The notes: generated from the sequence alone by a model not told the origin. DNA of 64,000 bases from an uncultured Gemmatimonadaceae bacterium (GCA_963716745.1 OY970320.1:1696001-1760000); one strand, 5' to 3'; positions 49,159-59,968 are shown, numbered from the stretch's first letter. Translations and numbers: made by a program.

Positions 49159-49267
49159 CGAGGCGTCGGCTTGCGGCTGAAGGAGGGTGAAAGTCTATTC
49201 AAGGGAGTGGTGCGCGGCCAGCGGCGGGCTGAGTTTCCGCCCCCCGGACTCGTCCCGGAGACCTAAC

Positions 49268-49831
49268 ATGCGATACTTGGCGCTCGCGCTTTTTCTTTTG
49301 CCCGCCAGCGACGCCTATTGCGCCGGATCCATGGAGCCGCTGTATGTGCACGCCGACGCGGTCATGGATACGTCGATCGTTGGGAATTGGATCAGAATGC
49401 GTGACTCGACGCACACCGACTCCATGGTGGTCAAGCTCGGCAACCCCCGCGACTCAGCGTATCGCGTGACGACTCTCGGCGATAACGGCGAAGAGCAGCA
49501 GCACGACGTCCATCTGATGCGTATCGCCGGGCTCACCGTCGCCGACATCTATACGGATCACGTAGCCGCCTTCGCCCTTTCGGTTCACGGCATCGTGTTC
49601 GTCCGGCTGGGCCGCGACCGGATCACCCTGTACTCGGTCGACACCGACTGGTTGCAGAAATATTCAGCGGCGCATCCGAAGGACATACACTTCACAGTTA
49701 CCCAGGGGATCGCGCTGTTCAGCGACAGCGCCGCCCACGTGCGCGCCTTCATCGCGAAGCAGGGCAACTCTGGGCTGCGGTCGTCGGATTCATCGACATA
49801 CGTTCGCGCGCCCGCACCGGGCAGCCGCTGA
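49268..49831 (+). CDS. Hypothetical exported protein
   Basis: GGAG SD, an N-terminal hydrophobic signal and protein-like composition. Confidence 0.65.
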   Translation: MRYLALALFLLPASDAYCAGSMEPLYVHADAVMDTSIVGNWIRMRDSTHTDSMVVKLGNPRDSAYRVTTLGDNGEEQQHDVHLMRIAGLTVADIYTDHVAAFALSVHGIVFVRLGRDRITLYSVDTDWLQKYSAAHPKDIHFTVTQGIALFSDSAAHVRAFIAKQGNSGLRSSDSSTYVRAPAPGSR

Positions 49832-49855
49832 CCACCTCACTTCGGAATTGAGCCT

Positions 49856-50383
49856 ATGCCTACCTCGACTCCTTCCCGCCCCGCCGCTGGCGAATTCTTC
49901 GAGTATTACGGCAAGTACATCGCGCTCGTACCCGACGGCGATGTGCGCGGGCATATCGAGCATCAACTTTCGGATACGGTCGCGTACATCAAGTCACGCC
50001 CCGAGTCGTGGGCGATGTCGCGCTACGCGCCGGGCAAGTGGAGCGTGAAGGAAGTGATCGGCCATTTGGCAGATGCGGAGCGGATCTTCGCCTACCGCGC
50101 GCTGCGCATCGCGCGCGGCGACGCCACAGCGCTCGCGGGCTTCGACGAGAACGCGTATGTGCCGGTCGGGAAGTTCGACGTGCGCGAGACGCAGGAGCTG
50201 CTCGAGGAATTCGCCGCGACGCGCGCCGCGACGATCGCGATGTTCCGCGGCTTCGATGACGCCGCGTGGGCCCGCACCGGCAACGCGAGCGGGCATGCGA
50301 TCAGCGTGCGGGCATTGGCGTACATCATCGCGGGGCACGAACGGCATCATCTCGCCATTCTGCGCGATCGGTATTCCCAATAG
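49856..50383 (+). CDS. DinB/YfiT-family putative metal-dependent protein
   Basis: YAPGKWSVKEVIGHLAD.E and GHERHH metal-binding histidines. Confidence 0.9.
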   Translation: MPTSTPSRPAAGEFFEYYGKYIALVPDGDVRGHIEHQLSDTVAYIKSRPESWAMSRYAPGKWSVKEVIGHLADAERIFAYRALRIARGDATALAGFDENAYVPVGKFDVRETQELLEEFAATRAATIAMFRGFDDAAWARTGNASGHAISVRALAYIIAGHERHHLAILRDRYSQ

Positions 50384-50389
50384 CGCTTG

Positions 50390-50547
50390 TAGGCCTTAGT
50401 ACCGCTGAAAGGGCGCGTCTGGCAACTGAGCGTATGGTACAGCTCGGCGGGAGTGGGGCCCACTTCCGCCGAGCCGTACCATACGCTCAGTTGCTAAACG
50501 CGCTGTTTCAGTGGTACTAGGGCCTAAACGCGCTGTTTCAGTGGTAC
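50390..50547. repeat. 137-bp near-perfect palindrome plus 24-bp direct duplication
   Basis: 50390-50457 vs 50459-50526 shows 8 mismatches in 68. ctaaacgcgctgtttcagtggtac occurs at 50494 and 50524. Confidence 0.88.
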
Positions 50548-50565
50548 CAGCAACAACGTTCGTAG

Positions 50566-52231
50566 TTAGCGTCTCAGCTTATTCGCCATTGAGTCCGCGA
50601 TCGACCCCGCGAGCCGCTCCGTGAGTTCTTTCAGCTCGTCCGACCGTTGCCGCACCTTGCGTACGAAAAATGTTCGCGCCGTGGCGTACGCCGCCGCCAC
50701 CAGCCCGCCCGCGATCGCGAACGTCGCGAGGAACGAATGCGTCGCCCCGATCGTGATCCCGATCGACGCGCCGCCGAAGCCGCCGCCGAAACCGCCGACG
50801 ATCCCGCCGAATAGTTCACCGGCCAGCGGGCCCATCCGTTCCTCCGCCCGGATCGTCGTGAAGCCCCCGCGCACGCTGATCGTGATCATCGCTTTGCGTT
50901 TCGGGTGCGTCGACACCCACGTGAGCGAACGCCCCACGCTGTTCACTTGCCCCACATCGCCGAGCTGCCGACGGATGATCTCGATGACGATGTCGTAGTC
51001 ATTGGCGTCCACTTCGCCGGGGATCTTCGCTTCGTACATGAGTGACATTGGCGCGCCCGCCCAGAATCCGGACGGCGATGGGTGCGCCTCCACCGGGACG
51101 ACCGCGCTCGCGCTGCCTGCCTCCGGCGCGGCTGGTGTGATGCCCAGATCTTCGAGCGCGCGCGACACGTACTGCCCCGAGATCCCCGCCTCGAGCGCCG
51201 CCGACCGTACGTTCGCGAGCGCGTAGCCGGTCGTGAGCGGCGATCCCTTCGCCGGCGCGGGAGGCGCGACCGTCGGCGGCACCATCGCCCCCGTGAGCGC
51301 TTGCAGTTCCGATGCGCGCTTCCACACCGCCTCCGCCTCGGAAGCGGATAGCACGCGCGGCGCCGCGGCCGGCGCGTCGATCCCCGGATCGGCGAGCACC
51401 GACTCGATCGCGCGCGCCATATCGCTTCCCGTGGGGTAGCGCATCATCGGCTCGCGCATCAGGCACCGGTCCACCACGGCCGCCAGCGCGGCCGGAACGT
51501 GCGGCGCCACCGACTTGAGCGACGGCGCGCGCTTGGTCACGTGCGACACCAGCACCGCGCTCGCCGTCTCGCTGTCGAACGGGAACGATCCAGAGAGCGC
51601 AAGGAATCCCACCACGCCGAGCGCATAGAGATCGGTGCGGCCGTCCAGCTTCTCCCCGGACACCTGCTCGGGCGACATGTAATGCACGGTGCCGAGCACG
51701 TGACCCGTGGCCGTGAGCGGCGCGGCGTCCGCCACGCGCGCGATCCCGAAATCGGTGACCATCGCGCGGCCGGTGCCGTGCTCCAGCAGGATGTTCTCCG
51801 CTTTCACGTCACGATGGATCACGCCGTGCGCGTGCGCGTATCCCAGCGCCAGCGCCACGTCGCGCAGATAGTTCGCGGCCTCGCGCGCACTCAGCGGTCC
51901 GTACGCTTTCACCTTCTCCGCGAGCGATTCGCCATTCACATACGCCATCGCGAAGTACACGAAGCCGCCTGTCTCGTCGGCACGGTAGATAGACACGATG
52001 TTCGGAATGCGAGAGCAATGCTGCCGTGCGCGCCTCACGCAGGAAACGGTCGCGCGTCGCCGCATCCTGCATGTGCCGCGGCAGCGTCTTGATCGCGACG
52101 TGCCGCGCGAGCTTCTCATCGCGCGCGAGGTACACCACGCCCATCCCGCCGCGCCCGATCTCCCGCTCGAGCGCGTACTGCCCTGCGAGTGCCGCCGCGA
52201 GTTCGGTGAACTCCGACGTCGTCGCCGTCAT
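50566..52231 (-). CDS. Hanks-type Ser/Thr kinase with C-terminal Gly-rich TM segments
   Basis: [21 protein letters not shown] and GTVHYMSPE. It is split by a +1 error near 52006 in HPNIV, and has an ATGA overlap with the fadJ stop. Confidence 0.88.
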
Positions 52232-54402
52232 CCGAGCGGGTTGCCCTCGGCGGGATAGAACCGCGAGTGCGTGTGCGCCATGCCGGTGAGGAGCCGCGCG
52301 GGCTCGAAGCGCGGCGCGAAGCGCGCATGCAGCATCTCGAGCTGTCGCACAATGTTGTCGACGCCCTCGTGATCAATGTGGCGGAACGGCCCGCCCAAAA
52401 ACGGAGGGAAGCCAATGCCGAACACCGCACCCACATCGCCATCGCGCGGCGAGCGGAGCACGCCATCCTCGAGACAGCGCGCCGCTTCGTTCAAAAGCGC
52501 GAGCATGCAACGTTGCTGCATCTCCGCGGCCGCCATCTCCACGCGATTGGCACCGGTGGGGAGCAGCGCGTACACGCTCTCGTCCACGCCGCGCTTGCGG
52601 CCATTCTCATAGCGGTAGAATCCCTTGCCACCCTTCCGCCCCGTGCGGCCGTCCGCGGCCACGCGCGCGAGCGATACGCTCGGCTTCATCCGGTCGCCGA
52701 ACGCATCGAGCAATACATGCCCGACCTTGGTGCCCACGTCGAGCCCCACCTCGTCCATCAGCGTGATCGGACCCACCGGGAATCCAAGGTCCACCATCGC
52801 ATGATCGAGGGCATCGATCAATGCGCCCTCGTCGAGCAGAAAGCCCGCCTCGTTCATGTAGGCCGACAGCGTGCGCGTGGTGTAGAACCCCGGACCGTCG
52901 TTCACGACGATCACGTGCTTCCCGAGGCGCTTGCCGTACGCGACCGCCGTGGCCGTCGCGACCGGCGTCGTTTTCGGCGTCACGATCACTTCGAGCAGCG
53001 GCATCTTCTGCACGGGACTGAAGAAATGCATCCCGAGGACGTGCTCCGGTCGCTTGGCCGCCTCGGCGATCTTCGCGATCGGGATCGTACTCGTGTTCGA
53101 CGCATAGATCGCGCGCGCAGGCATTACCGCCTCGGTCTCCTTGAGCACTCTGTGCTTGAGCGTGAGATCCTCGAACACCGCTTCGATCACGAGGTCCACG
53201 CTCTGGAATCCCGAGTAGTCCACCGTGCCGCCCACCATCAGCATCTGATCCTCGTACTCGCGGCGCGTGATCTGCTTCTTGGTGAGCCGTTCGCGCAGTA
53301 CGTCGGACACCGACTTGAGCCCCTTTGCGACGCGGTCGAGCGCGGCGTCCTTCAGGCGCACCGTGGTCTTCTGCATCGCCGCGACGCTCGCGATCCCCGC
53401 GCCCATGAATCCCGCGCCGAGCACGCCAAGCTTCGACACCGGCAGCGACTCCGCCGGTTCGTCGGTGCCCGGATCCTTCTTGAGCGCAGTGGTCGCGAAG
53501 AAAAGGAAGATCAGCTGCTGGCATGCCGCGGTCACGGACATCTCCCCGAAGAGGCGCGCTTCCTCGTGGAATCCGCGCGGCATGCCGTGCGTGAGCCCGG
53601 TGCGCACGGCCTCGATCGCGGCGAGCGGCGCTGGGAAATTCCCGTGCGTCTTGGACATCACGCTCGCGTGCGCTTGACGGAACACAATCGCGCGGCCGAG
53701 CGGGTTCTTCTCGAGCACCCATCCCATGAACCCCGGCGACTTCGCGCCGCGCGACCGCTTCATCGAGCCGGCCCCGAGTTTCCTTGCGCGGTCCACCGCG
53801 ATCTCGCGCAGGATCGCGGGGTGCACCATCTCATCCACGAGCCCCATCTGCAATGCTTTCTTCGGGCGAATGTTTTTTCCGGTGAGGATCATGTCCAGTG
53901 CGTTGCGCAGTCCCACCGTGCGCGGCAGACGCTGCGTGCCGCCGGCGCCGGGGATGAGGCCGAGCTGCACTTCCGGCAACGCGAGTATCGTTTTCGGATG
54001 GTCGGTGCAGATCCGGTACGCGCACGCGAGCGACGCCTCGAGCCCGCCGCCCAGGCACGCGCCGTGGATCGCGACCACGATCGGCGTGCGGATGCGCGCG
54101 AGGCGGTCCATCATCAGCTGACCCGCGGCGCTCATCGATTCACCGTCGCTCGCCATGCGGATCGTGAGGAACTCGTCGATGTCGGCGCCCGCGATGAAAT
54201 TCTCCGGCTTGCCCGAGATCAGCACCGCCGCCTTGATGTCGTTGTCGCGCTGAAGGCGGTCGAGCACCGACGAGAACTCATCGACCACCGCGGCCGTGAA
54301 CTTGTTGACGCTCTCGCCCGGCAGATCGAAGGTGATGATCGCGACGCCATCCTCGACCTCCACGCCAAGCGCGCCGCCCGCGAAGATCTTCTCGGGGCTC
54401 AT
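52228..54402 (-). CDS. fadJ: Fatty acid oxidation complex alpha subunit (enoyl-CoA hydratase/3-hydroxyacyl-CoA dehydrogenase)
   Basis: [45 protein letters not shown] and GMHFFSP. ATGA-coupled to the thiolase. Confidence 0.95.
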   Translation of the reverse strand: MSPEKIFAGGALGVEVEDGVAIITFDLPGESVNKFTAAVVDEFSSVLDRLQRDNDIKAAVLISGKPENFIAGADIDEFLTIRMASDGESMSAAGQLMMDRLARIRTPIVVAIHGACLGGGLEASLACAYRICTDHPKTILALPEVQLGLIPGAGGTQRLPRTVGLRNALDMILTGKNIRPKKALQMGLVDEMVHPAILREIAVDRARKLGAGSMKRSRGAKSPGFMGWVLEKNPLGRAIVFRQAHASVMSKTHGNFPAPLAAIEAVRTGLTHGMPRGFHEEARLFGEMSVTAACQQLIFLFFATTALKKDPGTDEPAESLPVSKLGVLGAGFMGAGIASVAAMQKTTVRLKDAALDRVAKGLKSVSDVLRERLTKKQITRREYEDQMLMVGGTVDYSGFQSVDLVIEAVFEDLTLKHRVLKETEAVMPARAIYASNTSTIPIAKIAEAAKRPEHVLGMHFFSPVQKMPLLEVIVTPKTTPVATATAVAYGKRLGKHVIVVNDGPGFYTTRTLSAYMNEAGFLLDEGALIDALDHAMVDLGFPVGPITLMDEVGLDVGTKVGHVLLDAFGDRMKPSVSLARVAADGRTGRKGGKGFYRYENGRKRGVDESVYALLPTGANRVEMAAAEMQQRCMLALLNEAARCLEDGVLRSPRDGDVGAVFGIGFPPFLGGPFRHIDHEGVDNIVRQLEMLHARFAPRFEPARLLTGMAHTHSRFYPAEGNPLG

Positions 54403-55697
54403 GACGCGTTCTCCAGCACCATCGCGCAGCCGAGTCCGCCGGCCGCGCACACCGTGAGCAATCCGAATTGCGAGCCGCGCCGCCAGAGCTCGTTCGCGAG
54501 TGTCATGGTGATCCGCGCGCCGGTGGCGCCGAACGGATGCCCGATCGCGATCGAACCGCCCATGATGTTCAGCTTCGAACGGTCCACCTGCCCTACCGGC
54601 TTCGAGAAACCGGCGCGCTCGGCCCACTGCTTGCTCTCGAAGCCGCGCAGGTTGCTCAGCACCTGGCTCGCGAACGCTTCGTGCATCTCTACCAGGTCCA
54701 TGTCGGCCAGCGTGAGGCCCGCGCGCTGCAGCGCCACCGGTGCCGCGAGCACCGGCGCCTGCAGCAGCTGCTCGCCCGGGTCGAGCGCCGCGTACGCATA
54801 ACTCCTGATGAACGCGATCGGTTTGAATCCGAGCGCGTCCGCTTTCTCCTCGCTCATGAGGATGATCGCCGCGGCGCCATCGGTGAGAGGGCTCGAGTTG
54901 CCGGCGGTCACGCTGCCGTACTTCCGGTCGAACACTGGCTTGAGCGCGGCGAGCTGCTCGAGGCTCGTGTCGGTGCGGATGCCGTTGTCGCTCGTCTCCC
55001 ACTTCTCGAACTTCGGCGGCACGTAGAACGGCATGATCTCCGCCGTGAGGCGGCCGTCCTGCGTGCCGGCCGCGGCCAGACGGTGCGAGCGCAGCGCGAA
55101 CTGGTCCTGCTCATCGCGCGGGATGTGATTGAGCTTCGCCATCTTCTCGGCGCTCTGTCCCATCGTCTCGCCGGTGGTCGGCTCCGCGATCGCCGGCGTG
55201 ACCGGGATGAAGTCCTTGGGGCGCAGCTTCGTGAACGCGCCGATCCGCGCGCCGAGCGATTTCGCCTTGGATGCCGCGACGAGCACGTCGGAGAATCCAC
55301 GCGAGAAGAGGATCGGCACGCTGCTGAGCGATTCCGCGCCGCCGGCGATCGCGACGTCGGCGTGGCCGAGGGCGATCTGGTCCGCCGCGTCGGTGATCGC
55401 CTGGTTCGCGCTCGCGCACGCTCGGCTCACCGTGTAGGCCTGGATCCCTTTGGGCAGGCTGGGACTCAGTGCGATCTCGCGGGCGATGTTCGGCGCGAGC
55501 ACGTTGGGCACTACGGTGCCGAACACGAGCATGTCTACTTCGCGCCCGCTGAGATCGGTGCGCGCGATGAGTTCGCATACCACGCGGCGGCCGAGGTCCT
55601 CGGCGCTCACCATGCGGAGTGTCGTGCCGGCGCGCGCGAACGGCGTACGCAACCCCGCAACGATCGCGACCCGGCGCCCGTTCCCAAAGGTGGACAT
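54399..55697 (-). CDS. fadI: 3-ketoacyl-CoA thiolase
   Basis: RTPF, ACASA, HEAFA, GHPFGATG and CAAGG (FadI-type motifs). Confidence 0.95.
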   Translation of the reverse strand: MSTFGNGRRVAIVAGLRTPFARAGTTLRMVSAEDLGRRVVCELIARTDLSGREVDMLVFGTVVPNVLAPNIAREIALSPSLPKGIQAYTVSRACASANQAITDAADQIALGHADVAIAGGAESLSSVPILFSRGFSDVLVAASKAKSLGARIGAFTKLRPKDFIPVTPAIAEPTTGETMGQSAEKMAKLNHIPRDEQDQFALRSHRLAAAGTQDGRLTAEIMPFYVPPKFEKWETSDNGIRTDTSLEQLAALKPVFDRKYGSVTAGNSSPLTDGAAAIILMSEEKADALGFKPIAFIRSYAYAALDPGEQLLQAPVLAAPVALQRAGLTLADMDLVEMHEAFASQVLSNLRGFESKQWAERAGFSKPVGQVDRSKLNIMGGSIAIGHPFGATGARITMTLANELWRRGSQFGLLTVCAAGGLGCAMVLENAS

Positions 55698-55787
55698 GAT
55701 CGGAAACTTAGATGGCCCGCTCCGGCGTTGCCAATCGGAGGCCCGCTGCATTGACCGCGCCCCCATCGCGCCCATAGCGTTCGACCC

Positions 55788-57314
55788 GTGAATCGCACCG
55801 AGTTCTCCGCCGCGTCACGCGCCGCCGCGCTCGATCAGGCAGGTACCGGCGTTCTCAATGTGCTCGTGGTGGGCGGCGGGATCACCGGAGCGGCCACTGC
55901 GCGGGATGCCGCGATGCGTGGACTGCGCGTCGCGCTCGTGGAGCGTGAGGATTTCGCGAGCGGCACCTCGAGCCGCAGCTCACGGCTCGTGCACGGCGGG
56001 CTCCGCTATCTCGAGCACGGCGAATTCCACCTCGTGTTCGAGGCGAGCCGCGAGCGGCGGATCCTGCTGCGCATCGCCCCGCACCTCGTCACGCCCCTGC
56101 GCTTCACATGGCCGGTGTACCGCGGAGCACGCGTTCCGATGTGGAAATTACGCGCCGCGCTCACGCTCTACGACGCGCTCGCGATGTTCCGGAACATCGG
56201 GCGCCACAAGATGTTCAGCGCCTCGGGCATCGAGACGCTAGAGCCATGTCTGCGCACCGACGATCTCGCGGGCGGCGGCACGTACTTCGATGCGCACACC
56301 GACGACGCGCTGCTCACCCTCGCGAACGCGCGCGCCGCCGCCGAGTACGGTGCGCTCGTGATGAACCACGCGCGCGTGCGCTCGCTCATCAAGGAGGGCG
56401 GCGCCGTGACCGGCGCGGAGATCGAGTGCGCTTTCACCGGCCGCGTGGTGCGCGCGGCGGCGCGCTGCGTGGTCAACACCACCGGCCCATGGACGGGCGC
56501 GCTGCAACTCATGGCCGACCCGCGCGCGGTCGTGGGCATTCGCGGCACCAAGGGCGCGCACATCGCCGTTCCACGCACCCGCGTGGGCAACGAGCAGGCG
56601 ATCGCGATTACGCACCCGCGCGACGGCCGCGTGATGTTCATCCTGCCCGCGCGTGAGCTCACGATCGTCGGCACCACGGATACCGACTACGAAGGCTCGC
56701 TCGATGAAGTGCGCGCCACGCGCGACGATGTCGAATATCTGCTCGAGGCGGTGAACCACTACGCGCCCGACGCGGCGCTCACGCGCACCGACGTCGTCGC
56801 GGCGTGGGCCGGCATCCGCCCGCTCGTGGCGAGCGCCGCGAAGACCACCGCCGCGGTGTCACGCGAGCACGCGATCACGCTCACCGCGCCTGGCATGCTC
56901 ACGGTCACCGGCGGCAAGCTCACCACGAATCGCCTGATGGCCGCGCAGATCGTGGACCGCGCCGAGAAGATGCTCGGGCGCCGCGTGCGCCGCGCGCGCA
57001 CGGATCAGAAGGAACTGCGCGACCGCGATCTCAGCGCGAACTTCGACGGGCCGAGCGCGGCGCTGCTCGCGCCGGGCCTGCCGCATGTGTGGGGGCAGGT
57101 GCACGACGCCGTCACGCACGGCATGGCGCTGCGCGTGTCCGACGTGCTGATCCGGCGCATCCCGCTCGCCTTCGAGACGGCCGATCACGGTCGGTCGGTC
57201 GCACCGGCGGTCGCGCGCGTCATGGCGCAGCTGCTGGGCTGGACGCCGGATCGCGAACGCGAAGAGCTCGCGCGCTACGCCGCCGAGGTGGAGCGGATCT
57301 TCCGGATCGACTGA
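55788..57314 (+). CDS. glpD: FAD-dependent glycerol-3-phosphate dehydrogenase/oxidase
   Basis: GGGITG, GTSSRSSRLVHGGLRYLE, GTTD, GIRPL and GGKLTT. Confidence 0.92.
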   Translation: MNRTEFSAASRAAALDQAGTGVLNVLVVGGGITGAATARDAAMRGLRVALVEREDFASGTSSRSSRLVHGGLRYLEHGEFHLVFEASRERRILLRIAPHLVTPLRFTWPVYRGARVPMWKLRAALTLYDALAMFRNIGRHKMFSASGIETLEPCLRTDDLAGGGTYFDAHTDDALLTLANARAAAEYGALVMNHARVRSLIKEGGAVTGAEIECAFTGRVVRAAARCVVNTTGPWTGALQLMADPRAVVGIRGTKGAHIAVPRTRVGNEQAIAITHPRDGRVMFILPARELTIVGTTDTDYEGSLDEVRATRDDVEYLLEAVNHYAPDAALTRTDVVAAWAGIRPLVASAAKTTAAVSREHAITLTAPGMLTVTGGKLTTNRLMAAQIVDRAEKMLGRRVRRARTDQKELRDRDLSANFDGPSAALLAPGLPHVWGQVHDAVTHGMALRVSDVLIRRIPLAFETADHGRSVAPAVARVMAQLLGWTPDREREELARYAAEVERIFRID

Positions 57315-57315
57315 C

Positions 57316-57792
57316 TCAGGCCTTGGGCGCCGCGTGGATCGTCCGCAGCTCCACGATCTTGAGCGAGCGCGTCATCTTCGGCAGACGCAGCAGCACGACG
57401 TCGCCCACCGATTTCCCCTGCAGCGCGAGACCGATCACCGAGCTCATGGTGACGTGGCCATCCTCGAAATCCACGGAGTCGCCGAACACGAGGTGGTAGA
57501 CCTCGCTCTGGTTGGTCTTCACATCGGAGACGACGACGCGCGAGCCGAGCCCCACGCGGTCGGTGGGGATCTGGCTCAGATCGATCTGCGAGAGCTTGGA
57601 GAGCCGGCTGCGGAGCTGGCCGAGCCGCGCCTGCACGAACGCCTGGCGCTCGAGCGCGCTCTTGTACTCGCTGTTCTCCTTCAGGTCGCCGAGTTCGACG
57701 GCGCGCCGGATCTCGGCGGGCAATACGACATTCAATTCATGCTGGAGACGCTCGACTTCGGCGCCGAGCTTCTCCTTGAGGGCATCGAGCAT
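57316..57792 (-). CDS. greA: Transcription elongation factor GreA
   Basis: A.ELGDLKENSEYKSA and a C-terminal domain with S.IG.ALQGK.VGD. Confidence 0.9.
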   Translation of the reverse strand: MLDALKEKLGAEVERLQHELNVVLPAEIRRAVELGDLKENSEYKSALERQAFVQARLGQLRSRLSKLSQIDLSQIPTDRVGLGSRVVVSDVKTNQSEVYHLVFGDSVDFEDGHVTMSSVIGLALQGKSVGDVVLLRLPKMTRSLKIVELRTIHAAPKA

Positions 57793-57804
57793 AGGGGCGC
57801 TGGG

Positions 57805-57839
57805 AAAAAAGGGAGCGCCCGGCGTTGGGGCCGGGCGCT
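57805..57839 (-). terminator. Intrinsic terminator-like structure in the greA 5' leader
   Basis: Perfect 10-bp stem 57814-57823/57830-57839 followed on the minus strand by CCC-U6. A TATTCT -10-like box lies upstream at 57861-57866. Confidence 0.65.
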
Positions 57840-57911
57840 GCAGTGCGTTACTTGCATACTAGAATAGGGGGCGCGGGATGTCTAGGCTCATCGCCCGTTA
57901 TCTTTCGCGCG

Positions 57912-58694
57912 ATGCTCTCCATTGAGCGGTACGACGATGTCGTGCGCCTGCGGATGTCCACGTCGGTCACGCGCGCGCTCGGATACGAGGCGAGCGCGTA
58001 TTTCACGCGCGGCATGCTCGTGGATACGGGATTCCCCGCCGTCGCGCGCGACCTCGCGCATTGGCTCGACGGCACGCGACCCAGCGGAGTGGTGCTCACG
58101 CATCAGCACGAGGACCACGCGGGGAATCTCGAATTGCTCGCACGCGGCGGCGTGCCGGTGGCCGCGGCCAATGCCACGCTCGAAGCGATCCGTGCCGCCC
58201 GCCCCCTCGACTTCTACCGGCGGTTCAATTGGGGGACTCCGCCGGCGCTCCGGTCGCCTTTCGCGCGCCTCGACCCGGCACCGCTCCGGCTGCTGCCGAC
58301 GCCGGGCCACACGCCCGATCATCACGTCGTGTGGGACGCCGAGCGCGAGACCATGTTCTCGGGCGACCTGTTCCTGAGCGTGAAGATGCGTCTCGCACAG
58401 GACGCCGAGGATGTACATGGCGTGGTGCGTAGCCTGCACGCGGTGATCGCCCTCAAACCCAAGCGTGTGTTCTGCGCGCACCGAGGCCCGTTGCACGACC
58501 CGGTGAACACCCTGCGCGCGAAGGCCGCATGGATGGAGGAGATCATCGGCGAAGCACGCCGACTCGCTGCGACCGGGATGCCGGTGCCCGAGATCACCCG
58601 GCAACTGCTCGGCCGCGACGGCTGGACGAGTTTCATTTCTCGGGGAAAACTCGCGAAGTGCAACTTGATCCGCTCCGCCCTCCGCGCCGGGTAG
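57912..58694 (+). CDS. Metallo-beta-lactamase-fold hydrolase
   Basis: VDTG, THQHEDHAG, PGHT, SGDL and CAHRG. Confidence 0.9.
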   Translation: MLSIERYDDVVRLRMSTSVTRALGYEASAYFTRGMLVDTGFPAVARDLAHWLDGTRPSGVVLTHQHEDHAGNLELLARGGVPVAAANATLEAIRAARPLDFYRRFNWGTPPALRSPFARLDPAPLRLLPTPGHTPDHHVVWDAERETMFSGDLFLSVKMRLAQDAEDVHGVVRSLHAVIALKPKRVFCAHRGPLHDPVNTLRAKAAWMEEIIGEARRLAATGMPVPEITRQLLGRDGWTSFISRGKLAKCNLIRSALRAG

Positions 58695-58733
58695 CGGAGT
58701 TACCACGGCGAGCGGACACTTCCTAACAGGCAT

Positions 58734-58795
58734 GGCTGTCGGCTGTCGCAAGCAATCGCGGTTGAATGCGACAGCCGACAGTCGACAGTCCGCAT
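58734..58795. repeat. Family A heptamer palindrome
   Basis: ggctgtcggctgtcgca ... tgcgacagccgacagtcgacagtccgcat. The right arm reverse-complements to the 2251 left arm and abuts the stop at 58796. Confidence 0.8.
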
Positions 58796-59962
58796 CTAGC
58801 GTCGGTAGTGTGGCCCTGTTTCGAACTCCTTTTGCAACGCCTTCATCAACTGCTCCCGCTTCTCCATCAGCCGCCGCAGTTTGCGCGGCCTCCGGTTCGC
58901 GAGCGCGTACGACGTGATGAGCGGCAGCGCGATCGTCGAGTCGGTATAGCACACCACCGCATCCGGCAGTTTATCGGGATCGATCTTCCCCCAACTCACT
59001 GCCTCGCCTGGCGTGGCGCCCGAGAGTCCGCCGGTGTCGGGGCGCGCGTCGGTGATCTGCAGGAAGAGATCGTGCCCCCGCTCATCGATGCCGAGCACTT
59101 CCTGGATCTGCGGTTCGGTCTGCAGCGCGAAATTCTTGGGACTCCCGCCGCCCGCGATCATGATCGCGCTCCGGCCGCCGCCGCGCTTCGCGCCGAGCAC
59201 GATCGCCGCGGTCTCGTTCACATCCTTGTTCGGGTCGAGCACGAGTTTCGATCCCTCGAGCGCGAGCGCCGCGACGTTCATGCCGATCGACGAATCGCCG
59301 GGCGACGACGTATAGATCGGCACGCCGCACGCGTACGCCGCCGAGAGCAGCGACTTCTGCCCGATGCCGAGCTTGGTCTCGCGCTCGCGGATGTACTTCC
59401 CGCACAGGTAATGGAATTCCGCGCTGCTCATCGCGCGCTGGAATTCCGGCGCCCGCATGATCTGGCGGAAGAATGCGTCGGTGTCGAGCAGCACGTGGAA
59501 GTCGAAGAAGATATCGTAGATCCGCACGACGCCCTCCTCGCGCAGCAGCACGTCCGACGTCTGCGTGTTGCCGCGGTGCATCGCGAGCCCCAGTCCGAAA
59601 TGCGTGTCGTGATAGAGATTCGCGCCGGTGGAGATGATCCAGTCCACGAATCCCGCTTCGATGAGCGGGATGAGCACGGCGATGCCGAGCCCGGCGGGCG
59701 TGAGCGCACCCGTGATCGTGAGCCCCACGGTCACGTCCGGCTCGAGCATCTTGCGCGTGAACAGCTGCGCGCCCTCGCGCAGCCGCGCCGCGTTGTACGC
59801 GAGGAACGTGCCATCGATGAGCTGGGTGATGCTCTCGCTGCCGTCCACACGCCGCGGATCGATGCGCGCGCCGCCGAGGAAGCGGCTCGCGCGTTTCACC
59901 GGCGGAACCGTCTTCTTCTTCACCGCCGCCGCTTTCGGCTTCACGGGCTGTTTCTTCTTCAT
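58796..59962 (-). CDS. Deoxyhypusine synthase-like protein (homospermidine biosynthesis type)
   Basis: ISTGANL.HD, DSSIG, GGGSPKN and [18 protein letters not shown] with the catalytic Lys retained. Confidence 0.92.
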   Translation of the reverse strand: MKKKQPVKPKAAAVKKKTVPPVKRASRFLGGARIDPRRVDGSESITQLIDGTFLAYNAARLREGAQLFTRKMLEPDVTVGLTITGALTPAGLGIAVLIPLIEAGFVDWIISTGANLYHDTHFGLGLAMHRGNTQTSDVLLREEGVVRIYDIFFDFHVLLDTDAFFRQIMRAPEFQRAMSSAEFHYLCGKYIRERETKLGIGQKSLLSAAYACGVPIYTSSPGDSSIGMNVAALALEGSKLVLDPNKDVNETAAIVLGAKRGGGRSAIMIAGGGSPKNFALQTEPQIQEVLGIDERGHDLFLQITDARPDTGGLSGATPGEAVSWGKIDPDKLPDAVVCYTDSTIALPLITSYALANRRPRKLRRLMEKREQLMKALQKEFETGPHYRR

Positions 59963-59968
59963 GCGCCT

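Noticed and set aside
52267..54801. 844-aa plus-strand ORF, and similar ones opposite lon, nadE, M16 and DPP IV
   Set aside because: Antisense shadows of well-supported genes.
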